In this document: piece after piece, positions 53,425-64,000 of the stretch
Numbering within the stretch: the first letter of the stretch is position 1
Layout: every line of letters starts with the position of its first letter
From: Dicyema japonicum
Lineage: Eukaryota; Animalia; Dicyemida
Length of the DNA stretch: 64,000 bases
Assembly: GCA_011109175.1 (NCBI GenBank)
Contig: RDEW01000006.1
Location: 1,572,133 to 1,636,132 of the forward strand
Direction: 5' to 3'
Program-made: the position numbers and the translations under genes
The notes under the pieces: model-generated
The model's database searches: none
Told to the model about the DNA's origin: nothing
Seen by the model: only the letters and a program-made list of their open reading frames with translations

Positions 53425-54620
53425 CAGTGCTGGTGAAAAAAAACCTGTTTTGCAGTTACAAACTTTTTTAGCGTATAGCTTTTGTTTGGAGTTGACTAGA
53501 TGTATAATTTTTTTTATTTATAAAAAAAATTCATGAAGCGACTAAAATTTTTAAAATTTCAATCTTAGCGTGTCAATAAAAACCCGGTTTTTTCATTGTG
53601 TGGTCTATTTCAGTTCTTGTTTTTTGTGTTTTATAAAATGTTAAATAAAATAATTAAATAAAAGATCCTTGCTCTTTCGGGGTTAAAATGAACGATAAAG
53701 ATCTCGCAGAACATTTAAATTTTCCAAAATCGACAATTGGAGAATTTCTCCGAAAATTCACGAACCACTAAGAGGTTTCCTAGTTCCGGACGTCCGTAAA
53801 AGCTTCAAAAACATCTTAGGAATTGAAGTTATATTACAGATACCGAAGTTCCAAAAATCTTGGAACACTGAGAAATTCACTACTTTATTATTTAAAAATA
53901 AAATATTATTTATTAACTATGGGGAAGAGCGGCTGCTGATATTACGGAGTAAGCGTCTCGTGGACAACTGCAATCCCAATTCGTTGCCTCAGACAGACCG
54001 CTTCGAAAAATGAAATAAAACATTTTACTGGTATGAGTGTTTGTAGAAAAAGAATTTGGAATTACTTAAATTGTAATTTTTCTATTCGGAAGACTATGTC
54101 AACGTAAACCATGGTTATCAGAGAAAAACATAGTAAACAGATTTGAATTGTCCAAAATTTTCAATGACGCATGGAAAACTACTATTTTTTCTGATGAAGC
54201 ATCTTTTCAGATTTTTCCAACTAAAAAGGCAATTCTGTTATCGAAAAAAAAATTCCCATTCTAAATTGAGGCATATAACGCCGACAATTAAGTTTGGTGA
54301 AAGTGGTGTTATGGTATGAGGCTGTATCTCCTATCATGGAGTTGGCAATACTAAATGAGTTCACTTTCCTACAAGATTTGGCTCTTTGTCATCAGTGTTA
54401 ACAACTAAATTTTTTGATGAAAATAACATCCCAATTCTTAACTGGCCGCCGCAATCTCCAAATATGAACCCAATGGAACATGTTTACAGGAATTTGTCAA
54501 TTAGATATGGCATAGGGCAGACTCAAATACGGACCAGAAAATCTGGAACGGTAGCTTGGCGTTCTTTCGTTCCACTACCAAGCGGAATATTCGTTGTTGT
54601 CTGGTAATGGAAGGGGTTGG
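53425..54620 (+). mobile_element. Decayed Tc1-like element
   Basis: TA|CAGTGCTGG left end, then TIFSDEASFQ, GGVMV and NWPPQSPNMNPMEH. Right TIR not found. Confidence 0.7.
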
Positions 54621-55422
54621 CTCTGTTCACTACAAAAATAGGAAATTTTCTTCACGAGCAGGTGAAAATTTCTAGCGGATAAGTGGGATCAATGATTCAA
54701 AAACTTATTATTGTCACTTTTCATGATATTAATTCTATAGCTTAATTTGGGAATAGTCATCGTCCATGGGAGTACTCACTGATTATGGGCTTTCTATTTA
54801 CCATTACAATGACATTCACTTAGGAGAGGTTGATACGACTGAGGAAGGGGGAACCACTAGTTTAGTTGATTGTTTTTAAGACTAACAGCACATTCCCAAA
54901 AGTGGCATGTGATCACGAAAACGTGGCAAAGACCACATACAAAAAATTTTGCTCTTCTCTACATCACTGAAGGACGCCTAGAGTGAGAATATAGATTAGT
55001 GCGATCTTTAGTAAAATGGTCTGACCTAAGGACCTGGAATCAATTTATTATTAGAATTCTTCTTGTAACCAAAATTCTGGGGCAATAAATAAACAATAAA
55101 TTCCACTTCCTTCTGTCCTTGCCTCCACTTGATCCACAAAAAAATAATGTGATCAACTTGAAGGACTCATTGCCTGGCCGCCTTTCCCCTGCACAACTGG
55201 AGAGTTCCAACGATGGATGTCCTTGATGCTAGGAAAGAATGCACTCAGACCATGGAAACCAGAGTCCCTTAGAATAATCCTTTCTCTCAAAACCTGTGAT
55301 CCTGTAGCAATAAATAATCTCAACTAATAATGCCATTAGTCAACAATAAGTAACTAAGCCGCCTCACAAAATAATAAATACACAATCAATAAAAAAACCA
55401 CCACAAACACACACGTGATAAA

Positions 55423-56299
55423 TCACAAAATATCTTTAATCATATTCAAAGTGAGCCAACAGGCCAATGGGGATATCCCCGGAGTATAAGCAGCCTTCTT
55501 ATGGACAAACATAACTCCATCCCACTACCGATATAACACATAAACAACATGTTCCCCGCTAATATTAATCAATTCCTCATCAGAGCACTCCCGGGGTATC
55601 AAGACACCAAATTCAAACCTCCCCTCAGAATTAGCCCTCGCTTCGCTGTGAAACGGATCATCATCATACTTAGCCCTTATCCATGACGTGCGGAACTCAA
55701 ACTGGAGTCACTTTAACAAAAATCTTAACCTCCGTCTCATACAGGGACATCTCCCCCCACCTCATACAGTCCACCACAAACAAGTTCCTTCCAGCAATCA
55801 AACAATCCAAGACACAAACAGAAGACACATTTCGGCTTCCCTCCTCCAGGAAGAGAAGTCTTTATGGTCACGAGATGACTTCCGTTTAACCCGAAGACAC
55901 GTGTTTGACCCTGGGGTAAGCAAGAGACCTACTCTTTGGGCCACAAGGAGACATCGCTTGCCCAAAGGACAGGGAATTGCCAACCAGTTTTCGGTAAGAT
56001 CAAAGGGACGTTCAATCATCCACTCATTAATCATTAGTTGATTCCTGAACGGTTTGGGGGAGCTCTTTTTTGGGACACTTTTAGAGGAAGTATCCTCGCC
56101 TTCGGAATCGGAGATATCCAGAGCTCGATTTAGGTTACATTTTGCTATAAATTGTCTAAGAGTTAGAAAATATATACTCTTTCTTGTCTGCTAAAAATTG
56201 AAGTCGACGTTTGATCTGTTCTTGAGCCAACCTGCCGATGTTTTTGTACATTGAATAGCGAGGGTTGTCTTTCAGGGTAGACAATAATTCAGGGTCCAT
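55423..56299 (-). CDS. SNUPN: Snurportin-1 (m3G-cap snRNP import adaptor)
   Basis: [17 protein letters not shown] (IBB-like), [70 protein letters not shown]. Introns 56156-56177, 55911-55932, 55702-55729 and 55525-55548. One apparent extra base near 55840. Confidence 0.92.
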
Positions 56300-56399
56300 G
56301 TGACACCACTAAAAAGAAATTTTAAATTTTATAATTTTTTATTTTTAAACAATAAAATAAAACTGATTTTTAGTATGAATAATTTACAAAACAAGATCC

Positions 56400-56930
56400 A
56401 CGTGAGACACGATGTCTTCGAAAGCGTATCTTGATAGCTATAGTCCCCTTCTCCAAATGTCAGAAGATCCTGAATGTGACACTGGATACACACTTATGTT
56501 TGTCACCACACGTGGCAAACATTGTTCTGAAATGCGAGAAGAGGATTAATGTATTAAAAAGTTCATCTGGAATTTGGAAGACAGGCACCCACCCAGTCTT
56601 GATGAACATTTACAAGCAATACATCGAACCATGCTTCTCGTACGCGTGTGCTTCGTGGGACCTTTATTATCATGGACGAACACTAAAAAAATTGAGGACG
56701 TTAAAAAGAAGGCTTTCAGAATGATGGAGCGGTGGTCTTGTGGGAGACACAGAACCGGACCGACTACTCTGGAGGCCAAATACAGTCAGCCGCTCTGTAC
56801 AAGCTTGTGTGGGTACGAGGGAGGAGCACCGGAAAGAATGAGGATTTTGGCGGAGCGCATCGGGATCACGTGATAGTTAGTTTTGGTTTTACCGTGGTCT
56901 TGGGTGCTAATTAAATAAATAATAAAATAA
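56400..56930 (+). mobile_element. Jockey/I-like LINE 3' fragment with tail
   Basis: QKILNVTLDTHL, YKQYIEPCFSYAC, ending ERIGIT* followed by an AATAA-rich tail. Confidence 0.75.
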
Positions 56931-57112
56931 ATAGTCAGAGAAAGCAGCATGGCCATCTAACCTCCCACATTAAGTGTAACAATAAATAAATTTAGACAAA
57001 ACAATCAAAGTAATCCAGCTGATGTAATTGAGTGGCTGTTTTCCTGACAACTACCAGAGAAATTTTTGGAACAGCCACTCGGTTTCCCGACGTTTGTTAC
57101 TCGCTTTCGTTA

Positions 57113-58354
57113 TCATGGACCCTAGCGATATAGAAAAGAGACTCGTCTCGATGGCTACGGAAGTACTTAGTATCTTGTTGAGAGGTTGTCATATTTTCTG
57201 ATTTTGAAATTCTCAAAAGTTCGAGCAGTCTCCCCAGCTTTCAACGTGGAACCTGGAAGTCTTGACTGGAACAAGGTGTCTGTGCAAACTGATTTATTTT
57301 ATTTTCTATCTCCGATTGGTTTCATTTCAAATACATTCTAGTTTTTCACGCGGGTCACCTAGTCGCGAAGAAGACTGCCTACATTGTAGCAAACAACTCT
57401 AGCTGACTCCCTTCAAACAATCATACTGCAGTTTGTTTGGCAGTGGCTAAAGGATGAGCTCATATTTCCTTTCCAAGATCAACTACATCATATTCGACTT
57501 TTTAAGGCCTTTTATGAAATCTCTAAATTCTCAATTTGATGACTTTTCATGATGTCCTAGTTCTGGGCAGTGTCATCTGGACAGTTCACATTGTAGATGC
57601 TCGTGACTACTTTTTCTGTTAATGTTGAATCTATTGAAATGTCTAAAGTGAGATCTATGAGTTGTTATTATGTAGGCGATTTAACCAACTCATTATTAAA
57701 CAATTCAGTCAATAAATTCGATGCAACCACGTGCCATCTGCTCATGGAGAAAACTGTTTGGATTTGACTGTGATTTAAGAGTCAACCTCACTTTCATAGA
57801 CTATCAAACAGTCTGCTTGGCGGTGGCTATTGGTCCTGCTTCACGATATTGAACCTAATCGTGGACCAAAGTCAACCCATGAACGTTAACGATCGTCAGT
57901 TGAAATCAACGGACTTTCCGAATAGGTGTATTGATCTACGAAATTTCCTGACGACACTTCTCCGGATATGCCTCAACCAAGAAGTGGAGATTACATCAGA
58001 GACCACTCACTAATTCTGAGATACTCGTTTATCCGTTCCGACTGCGTTTCAGGGACGATTGGGGCAGCTTATTCATCCTCCTCTGTGAATCAACTTACTC
58101 AACCGTCACTAATAAAGATCAACCACCCTCTATCCAAAAAGGTCTCAGATGATGAAATTTCGTATTTAAAAGACCTCCTCCGAACTTATAGTGTTTCTAA
58201 ATCTTTGATAACACAAATTGTCGTGAAATCGAATGCAGGAAAATCAGACAGTTTGTCAAGCACCACCTGGAAACTCGTTGTCATTTTAAATATAACCATT
58301 CCTGATTTATTCAGTCAAGAGTCAAGAAATCTACTCATCCGTATTATGTTCTGA
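57113..58354 (+). pseudogene. Possible divergent or decayed BACK-Kelch gene
   Basis: IILQFVWQWLKDE..HHIRL (BACK-like), plus LLNNSVNKFDATT, LLGGGY, QPMNV and PDMPQPRSG (Kelch-like). No clean splice model. Confidence 0.25.
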
Positions 58355-58969
58355 TTGTATGGGTTTTCCTTTAAAATCCGTCCACATCGTCTTGCTATGC
58401 CGACACAAACTGAGACACACATCCCGGAAGCAGTGGGATCCTTCGATGAGCAGGGGCAAAAATGGCAAGGGCGATAAGGGGAACCATGATCACTTAATTA
58501 GCTTAGTTACCTGTCTTAGTGTTTCTTGGGGTTATGTTAATACAACATTCCTGAGTTATGGCTATTAGTGACGGAAATAATTTTATCAAATATGACCAAT
58601 TATGACAAAATCGGAGGAGTCGACCAGAGGCAATTACTGAGGTTCCTGTATTTTTTAAAAAAATCAGAAAGCCTATTTGAAAGTCATCCAATCTGCTTTG
58701 ACATTTGAGGACATCTTTAAGTGTTACAAGAATAATATGGATACGTTATCGATTAATGATAAAGCCATTCATGTGTGTCAACCACAGGCATGGAGTCAAA
58801 ACCTTGCAATAATTCGCACAACTAGCTAATCAGTTTTTAGAGCGAAGATATGTCCATGAACAAGGAGAGAGTAAAGGATTTGAAATGGTAGTTTTTTCTA
58901 ATGGGAAAGGCCTAAGAAAAGGTATAATTTTAATTAAAATAATCCTAATTATGGGAAAAAAGAATTTTC

Positions 58970-59305
58970 TCCACGTGGAGCCATGTGGTGCTACGTAGCT
59001 AATTTGTTCAAGTTTTCTGTTTTTTTGTCTGTTCTTCCTCCCCTTCCTACTGGAGTAGCGTCACTTGGTTTACCTGTCTCAGGTGGCGCCCAGTGCCAGA
59101 CTGGCACGAAAAAGATCATTTGCTTCCCCCACTCAACTGGAGGTGTTTCCACTACTGCAAGGAATAGTCGTCTTTTACCTCTTATGCTGGTTTTCTCGTT
59201 GGACTTGTGTGACGTTGAAGGACTCTAACAGTGGCAACTGGATACACTTAATTAGTTGTTTACTGTTGACTTTTTTCTCGGTGTATCCGGGTTTAATAAA
59301 TAAAT
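58970..59305 (+). repeat. ~330-bp interspersed repeat, copy 3
   Basis: Homologous to 5520-5860 and 1250-1555, with the same 3' end. Confidence 0.7.
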
Positions 59306-59689
59306 GTAAAATACTTCAAATTATATCGAAAACACTGGAGTACCCTCATCTCTCCTCAGAAAATGCGTTATCTTCCAATACAACAACTTTCTGCGTTCAC
59401 GTCGATTTACTTAGTAAACTGGACTATTTACTACAAGAGTAATATAGTGACTTTAATTGTCATGACTCTATGCCTGGCTCATTGGGGATGTTCTAAACAT
59501 CTCCCTCAACACTCTTATATAATTTATAGCACTTTGGGATAACACTACTCAACGTTATAACAATTACTGTCATTTTTTATGAACGCCATGAAATAACCTT
59601 GAATGTCTTGCAGACATTGGTTGCTACTTGTATAATTTTAAAATCAAAAGTATCTCCCACATATTATTGGAGAACCTCAAGACCACCAA

Positions 59690-59880
59690 GAAGGCAAACA
59701 CAACTAATTAAGTGATCCCAGCTTCCAATACTCCGACCTCTCCTTGCGTGATCTTCAATTGTCCTGTTGAACCTAACTGTCGAACGGTGAAGTTCCGTAA
59801 ATGTCTACAAAGGATCTCGATCAGGTAGTCCTTAAACTATTTTCTGGTTCTTGCAGAAAACCATAAATATTTTGCCAAGA
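59690..59880 (-). mobile_element. Jockey/I-like LINE tail
   Basis: Ends VLEAGIT* like 12885-12960. Confidence 0.45.
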
Positions 59881-60039
59881 TTATCTCATTTGGCTGCATT
59901 AAAGATTTTTAATTAAATAATTATCAAAGCAGAAATTGTGAATTAATTGCTGTTAATAACAAAATCTGCATTTGCGACCCAACCAAGTCAAAACTCGAAG
60001 GATCTTGTTCTGCTCTTTGCCTCTCTCAATTACTGGAAA

Positions 60040-60205
60040 CTCACATGCCCAGTGTCTGGTCGGCATCCAAAAGTGATCTTTTTTTCCGACTCCACATGAA
60101 GGGTTCTCACAACGTCGGATATAGATGGCTGCGTCTCACTCTGACCGTAGTAACCGACTATATGTTAACCTATGACCTCATTCCAGTGAGGGTTATTAAA
60201 TAATA
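60040..60205 (+). repeat. Divergent copy of the ~320-bp repeat family
   Basis: CTGG..GGCA..AAAA.GATCTTT..TTCC and a GGGTTATTAAATAATAAAT end. Confidence 0.35.
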
Positions 60206-60294
60206 AATCATTTGTCTCTTCATACGTGTATCTCCCTTAGTCAGACAATATTATCTCTGTTTTTTAAAGCCTTTTCACGAGAGCCATAGTATTT

Positions 60295-60583
60295 ATAGCT
60301 CCGCATAGGCAAGACACACACTTTATTTAAGTAAAGAACAGTTAATTTTAACTAATCGTAGAACCAAGGAATGATCGTCACTTCTTTTTTTTTCTTGTGT
60401 GAGTGTCCTTCTAGACAATCCAGTTCCGCAGTGAGTATCCACTGATGACGGCGTCACTAGTCAAACCTTTTCTGCATCGTAGATGCGTGGAACCTTCCAC
60501 CAGGTGAACAGCAGGGAGATTCGAACCCGTACCCTAAGCCACTTGAACCCGACAACTAACCACTATGCCATCCTTCTGTTTGG
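60295..60583 (-). mobile_element. tRNA-derived SINE
   Basis: A box TGGCATAGTGG (60560-60570) and B box GGTTCGAATC (about 60519-60528). Body and tail are shared with 17040-17200, 34640-34725, 49105-49195 and 62255-62425. Confidence 0.7.
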
Positions 60584-61056
60584 TGACCGTAAATGTTGTA
60601 GCAAGTAGAACGGAATAATTGAATTAGCAAGTTCCTAAAACTTAATGTGCTTAATTGACAATATTCGTTCGATTATATTCTGGTTGCTTAATTGGAAATT
60701 ATAAACAACTTTTGTGTTGTTCCCGTCTTATTTTGATGTGGATTCCTCGGTTACCTATTCGTTCTGCTCTGCCTCCTTCGATCCCTATAAACGTCATTGG
60801 ATATTCCTAATTTGGAAGACGCCCAATACCTGGCCATCATCCTTTTTTCTTTACTCCAATGGATGGGTTCTTATTTGAAGTGATGTTGGAAAGATACGTT
60901 CCATTCGACTATGGAACTGGATTAACTCAGTACGGGTGTATTTAGGGTTATTAATGATCAGTTATAATTTTATAACAGTCACAAAGAAATAATTCATTCA
61001 AAAATCAGAAAATTAAAATTCAAAAACCGTAAATTCGTTAATTAAATAAATTAAAT

Positions 61057-61297
61057 TCAAACAGGGGTCAATTCGATGCTAATTTTATCAACTTGATAAG
61101 ATCGATTAAAACACGGACAATCTAAAATTCATATAACTATTACATTTCTTAGCATAAAATTTAAACGTTTTACTATGTTTAATGGGTTCTTCTGGGTCTG
61201 TTAATTTTCCAGATTCATGTCTGATAAGTATAGAACCATCTACAAAGTGGATTACTTGTTTAATTGGGTCATCTTCATGAATTGGGTCGAATTTCAT
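61057..61297 (-). CDS. Small protein (72 aa), possibly FAM177-like
   Basis: ATG-initiated, with one 22-nt intron (GTAATAGTTATATGAATTTTAG). PIKQVIHFVDGS resembles the FAM177 PxxxIHFxxG motif. Confidence 0.4.
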
Positions 61298-62254
61298 GTT
61301 TATCAGAGAATTTTTATTTTTTAATTATTTATTCAAATTTGGTTAACCACTCAAAATTATAATTTATAAAAAAAATTAATAATAAAATATAAATAAATAA
61401 AAAACATCCGCTCTTAGTAACAATGCCGGATCTCTCTCCACATTTACTGAGAATTTTTAAGGCCAGTATTGAACAAGGAAGCCACCGAAGAATCCTAGTC
61501 TAGGACTATCGAAGCACTCCTACTTGAATCACAACCAAAATTCGTGAAACGGGCAACTTATATAACATCCCCTCAACGACATTTTACATACCTCAATGAT
61601 CAATCGGGATACAAAAATTTCTGAATCCGTTATGGCGAGCTGTTCTGAAGATCATTCCCCTTTTCGACCTCTCTTTATCGGCTTTGGATCACTTAATTAG
61701 AGAGGATATTCTTTCTCTTTAAGCTTAATGATCATGAGACAATAATGTCATCCAATCTGATATAAAATATATCTTTGGCAATGGATGGGATGTCTTCATC
61801 GACGTGACTATCCGCAGGAGAAGATATCAGGTAGGACAATTTTTTGATCCAATTTAAGTTGGAAAAAACGTATGAGACGCAATAACGTTGAGTTTTCACG
61901 ACATAGCTCTTGCCGTTTAATAATCTTTGCGAAATACGTTGAAGGTATTGATTTCAATAGATTCACGTGTTCATCTCCATCCCACAATACTATCCCATTT
62001 ATTTTAAATAATCGTGGATACGTTTTTAAACAGGTTTTATCCAGTCTCCCGGGTCAGAATGGATACATTTTTTATACATCAGACTCATCATCCTTTTCAA
62101 GGGTTATTTAAAACTCCTTAGTGGATGATTGATCCATTCAAATCCAAAATTTTAAACTCTGATTCCGAATTAAAAGAGGAATTAATAAACCTAAAAATAA
62201 TAAATCTTATGAAATTTATAACTATTCGTAGAGGAGAACGAATGAATATTCTCA

Positions 62255-62425
62255 AGTTTTTTTCTGACGTTGTGTGTCTTTTATAGACGATCAGGTTCCG
62301 CACTGAAATGTTCACTGATGACTGCTTCACTCGTCTAGCCAAAGCATTCCTTGGTTCTCCCTCATCGATTAGTTATATTAACTGTTCTTTAATTAAAATA
62401 AAGTGTGCCCTGCCTGTGAGGAGCT
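62255..62425. mobile_element. SINE copy with inverted body and forward tail
   Basis: 62255-62340 matches the SINE body on the minus strand. 62343-62425 matches the SINE tail on the plus strand. Confidence 0.6.
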
Positions 62426-63399
62426 AATATGGCTCTACGTATAAGTGAAGTTTTTTTTACATATAAATTATCTTTCGAATACCTCAGTTTTGACAGAATT
62501 CGAAGATTACCCAATTTTTATTAAAGAAAAGAGAGTAAACGGTTATATAGCGGCTGCGAGCGAGATTCGCTCAAATAACCAGCAGCGCTCACGAGGGTCT
62601 CATTCTTATAATTCAAAAATTATAGAACAGTTTCCAAAATCATGTAATTCGATCTCTCAGATAATCTTGTAGCTTCCAACTTCATATCTTTTAAGAGAGA
62701 AGTTGTTAATTATTTATAGAGAATGTTGAGAAAGCACTACTTTAAAGCATCACGTTTATCCATATCCGTCATTGTGATAATTCCTCCAATGAAGTGGAAA
62801 AATGAGGATCCTGTTTCGATGTCGACCAGCCAAGGCGTCTTTCGAGTTGGATTATTTATTTAGATTGATCCCACGACACCAACTTCCACTAAATGATTAA
62901 TTTTAAATATTAATTGCATAAAATATTATTTTCAATATTTAAAATGAGTCAATTTATATTTTTAAACAAAATTTATATCGTGAGGCGATCCATTTTCAAG
63001 GAAAGGTTCAAACCTGTCAGGGTAAGGCCCATAGTAGTCTAACTCTCAATCAGGCTGAACCTCACCTAATTTCTGTTAATAAAAATTCAAAAAAAATAAT
63101 GAAAGCACAAAAATATCCCAAACAGAAATCTCTGAATCCAATATATTTCTCTTCTTCGGAATATAATTTAATCAATTGTAACAGCAGCAAATTCGAAGAA
63201 ATTTACGTTAGCGGACTATGTCATATTTTGGCGGAGATCCGCCCTAATCTATAGGAGTCAGGGATGGACATTTCTTAGAGATTTTGGTTCATAAAATTGA
63301 AATATTCCTTAAAGATTGATGACTTGAAACTATTAGTCAAATTTATCGTCAATATCCTTTAATTGTAGTGACACCATTATTTTAGAATCATTAAAATTA

Positions 63400-63655
63400 G
63401 TTTAATTTATTTTTCACTTTGGTAATCTTCACATAGAACCTTGTACGAGAGATGAGGTCCTTACCAACTCGGTTGAAATCTCGGAAGATCGATAGAGGCT
63501 TTTGGATATGTATCGAGAATGGAAGACTTTATTTCCGAAGCTTTTTGGGATGTTCTGTGAAAGACCTATGACTACCTTACTAACAAAAAAGATATAATTT
63601 CCTGCAATAGAGGTAGGTCACCACTATAACCTTCCAATCAATTAAACATGTGGTT
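63400..63655 (-). mobile_element. 5' end of RTE/RTEX-like LINE
   Basis: Family 5' motif at 63603-63655 with a decayed APE start downstream. Confidence 0.35.
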
Positions 63656-64000
63656 AACGATTACGTTAGAATTATTAAAATGAGGTAACATAATCATTCA
63701 CCATTAAAAGTGCCCCCAACTGATTTACAAGTTTAATGTGGAGATAGTTGCTTATATCTATGGCCTAATCGAAGAATTGAAAAAAACCCGGGACGATGAA
63801 AACTATTCACTACAAAGAACCTACAAATTTTTGGGTCTGACTCAAAGTGGAAAGGATTACTTGATGCGGACTTTAATTCATTTTAGTTTTATGATTAACC
63901 CGTCTTGTCTCTTGTAAGTTAGTGGACCAGGGGCCCAATTCTAGGTTGGGTGTTCAAAGCCTTATGCCTCCGAGGAACAGATAAATATCCCAACAGATTT

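Noticed and set aside
51815-56310. GATCACATGAC/GTCCATGTGAC similarity linking the LINE 5' UTR, the SNUPN start and the 320-bp repeat
   Set aside because: Match of only about 15 bp with no extended alignment, which could be chance.
1-64000. Microsporidian, ciliate or prokaryotic origin
   Set aside because: The intron-rich LAT-type SLC7, CMTM-like MARVEL and homeobox genes look animal. TAA is a true stop, unlike in many ciliates. There are no operons or prokaryotic signals.

Overview
Eukaryotic, almost certainly animal, AT-rich genomic DNA using the standard genetic code. Roughly half of it is decayed transposon sequence. Non-LTR families present are CRE, RTE-BovB, RTE/RTEX-like, Jockey/I-like and one young R4/Dong-like element. 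DNA transposons include hAT-Buster, Tc1/IS630, a Phantom-type MULE with foldback TIRs and Ginger/KRBA2-like fragments, and there is a tRNA-derived SINE. The ORF track misses the host genes because they are split by extremely short GT-AG introns (about 33 reconstructed by hand, 21-28 nt, mode 22). The host genes are a MARVEL protein, a TALE homeobox plus a recent truncated copy, a WIPI/ATG18 PROPPIN, a highly divergent homeobox gene, an SLC7/LAT amino-acid transporter plus a partial duplicate, snurportin-1 and a possible FAM177-like small protein. This intron size together with animal-type genes best fits a dicyemid mesozoan (inference). The most interesting points are: atypical recognition helices in both homeodomains, a homeobox gene whose nine introns are all phase 1, a PROPPIN that has lost one lipid-binding site, an amplified bipartite LINE derivative, and a strong excess of the palindrome CACGTG. 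All splicing models and counts are manual, and no database search was possible.
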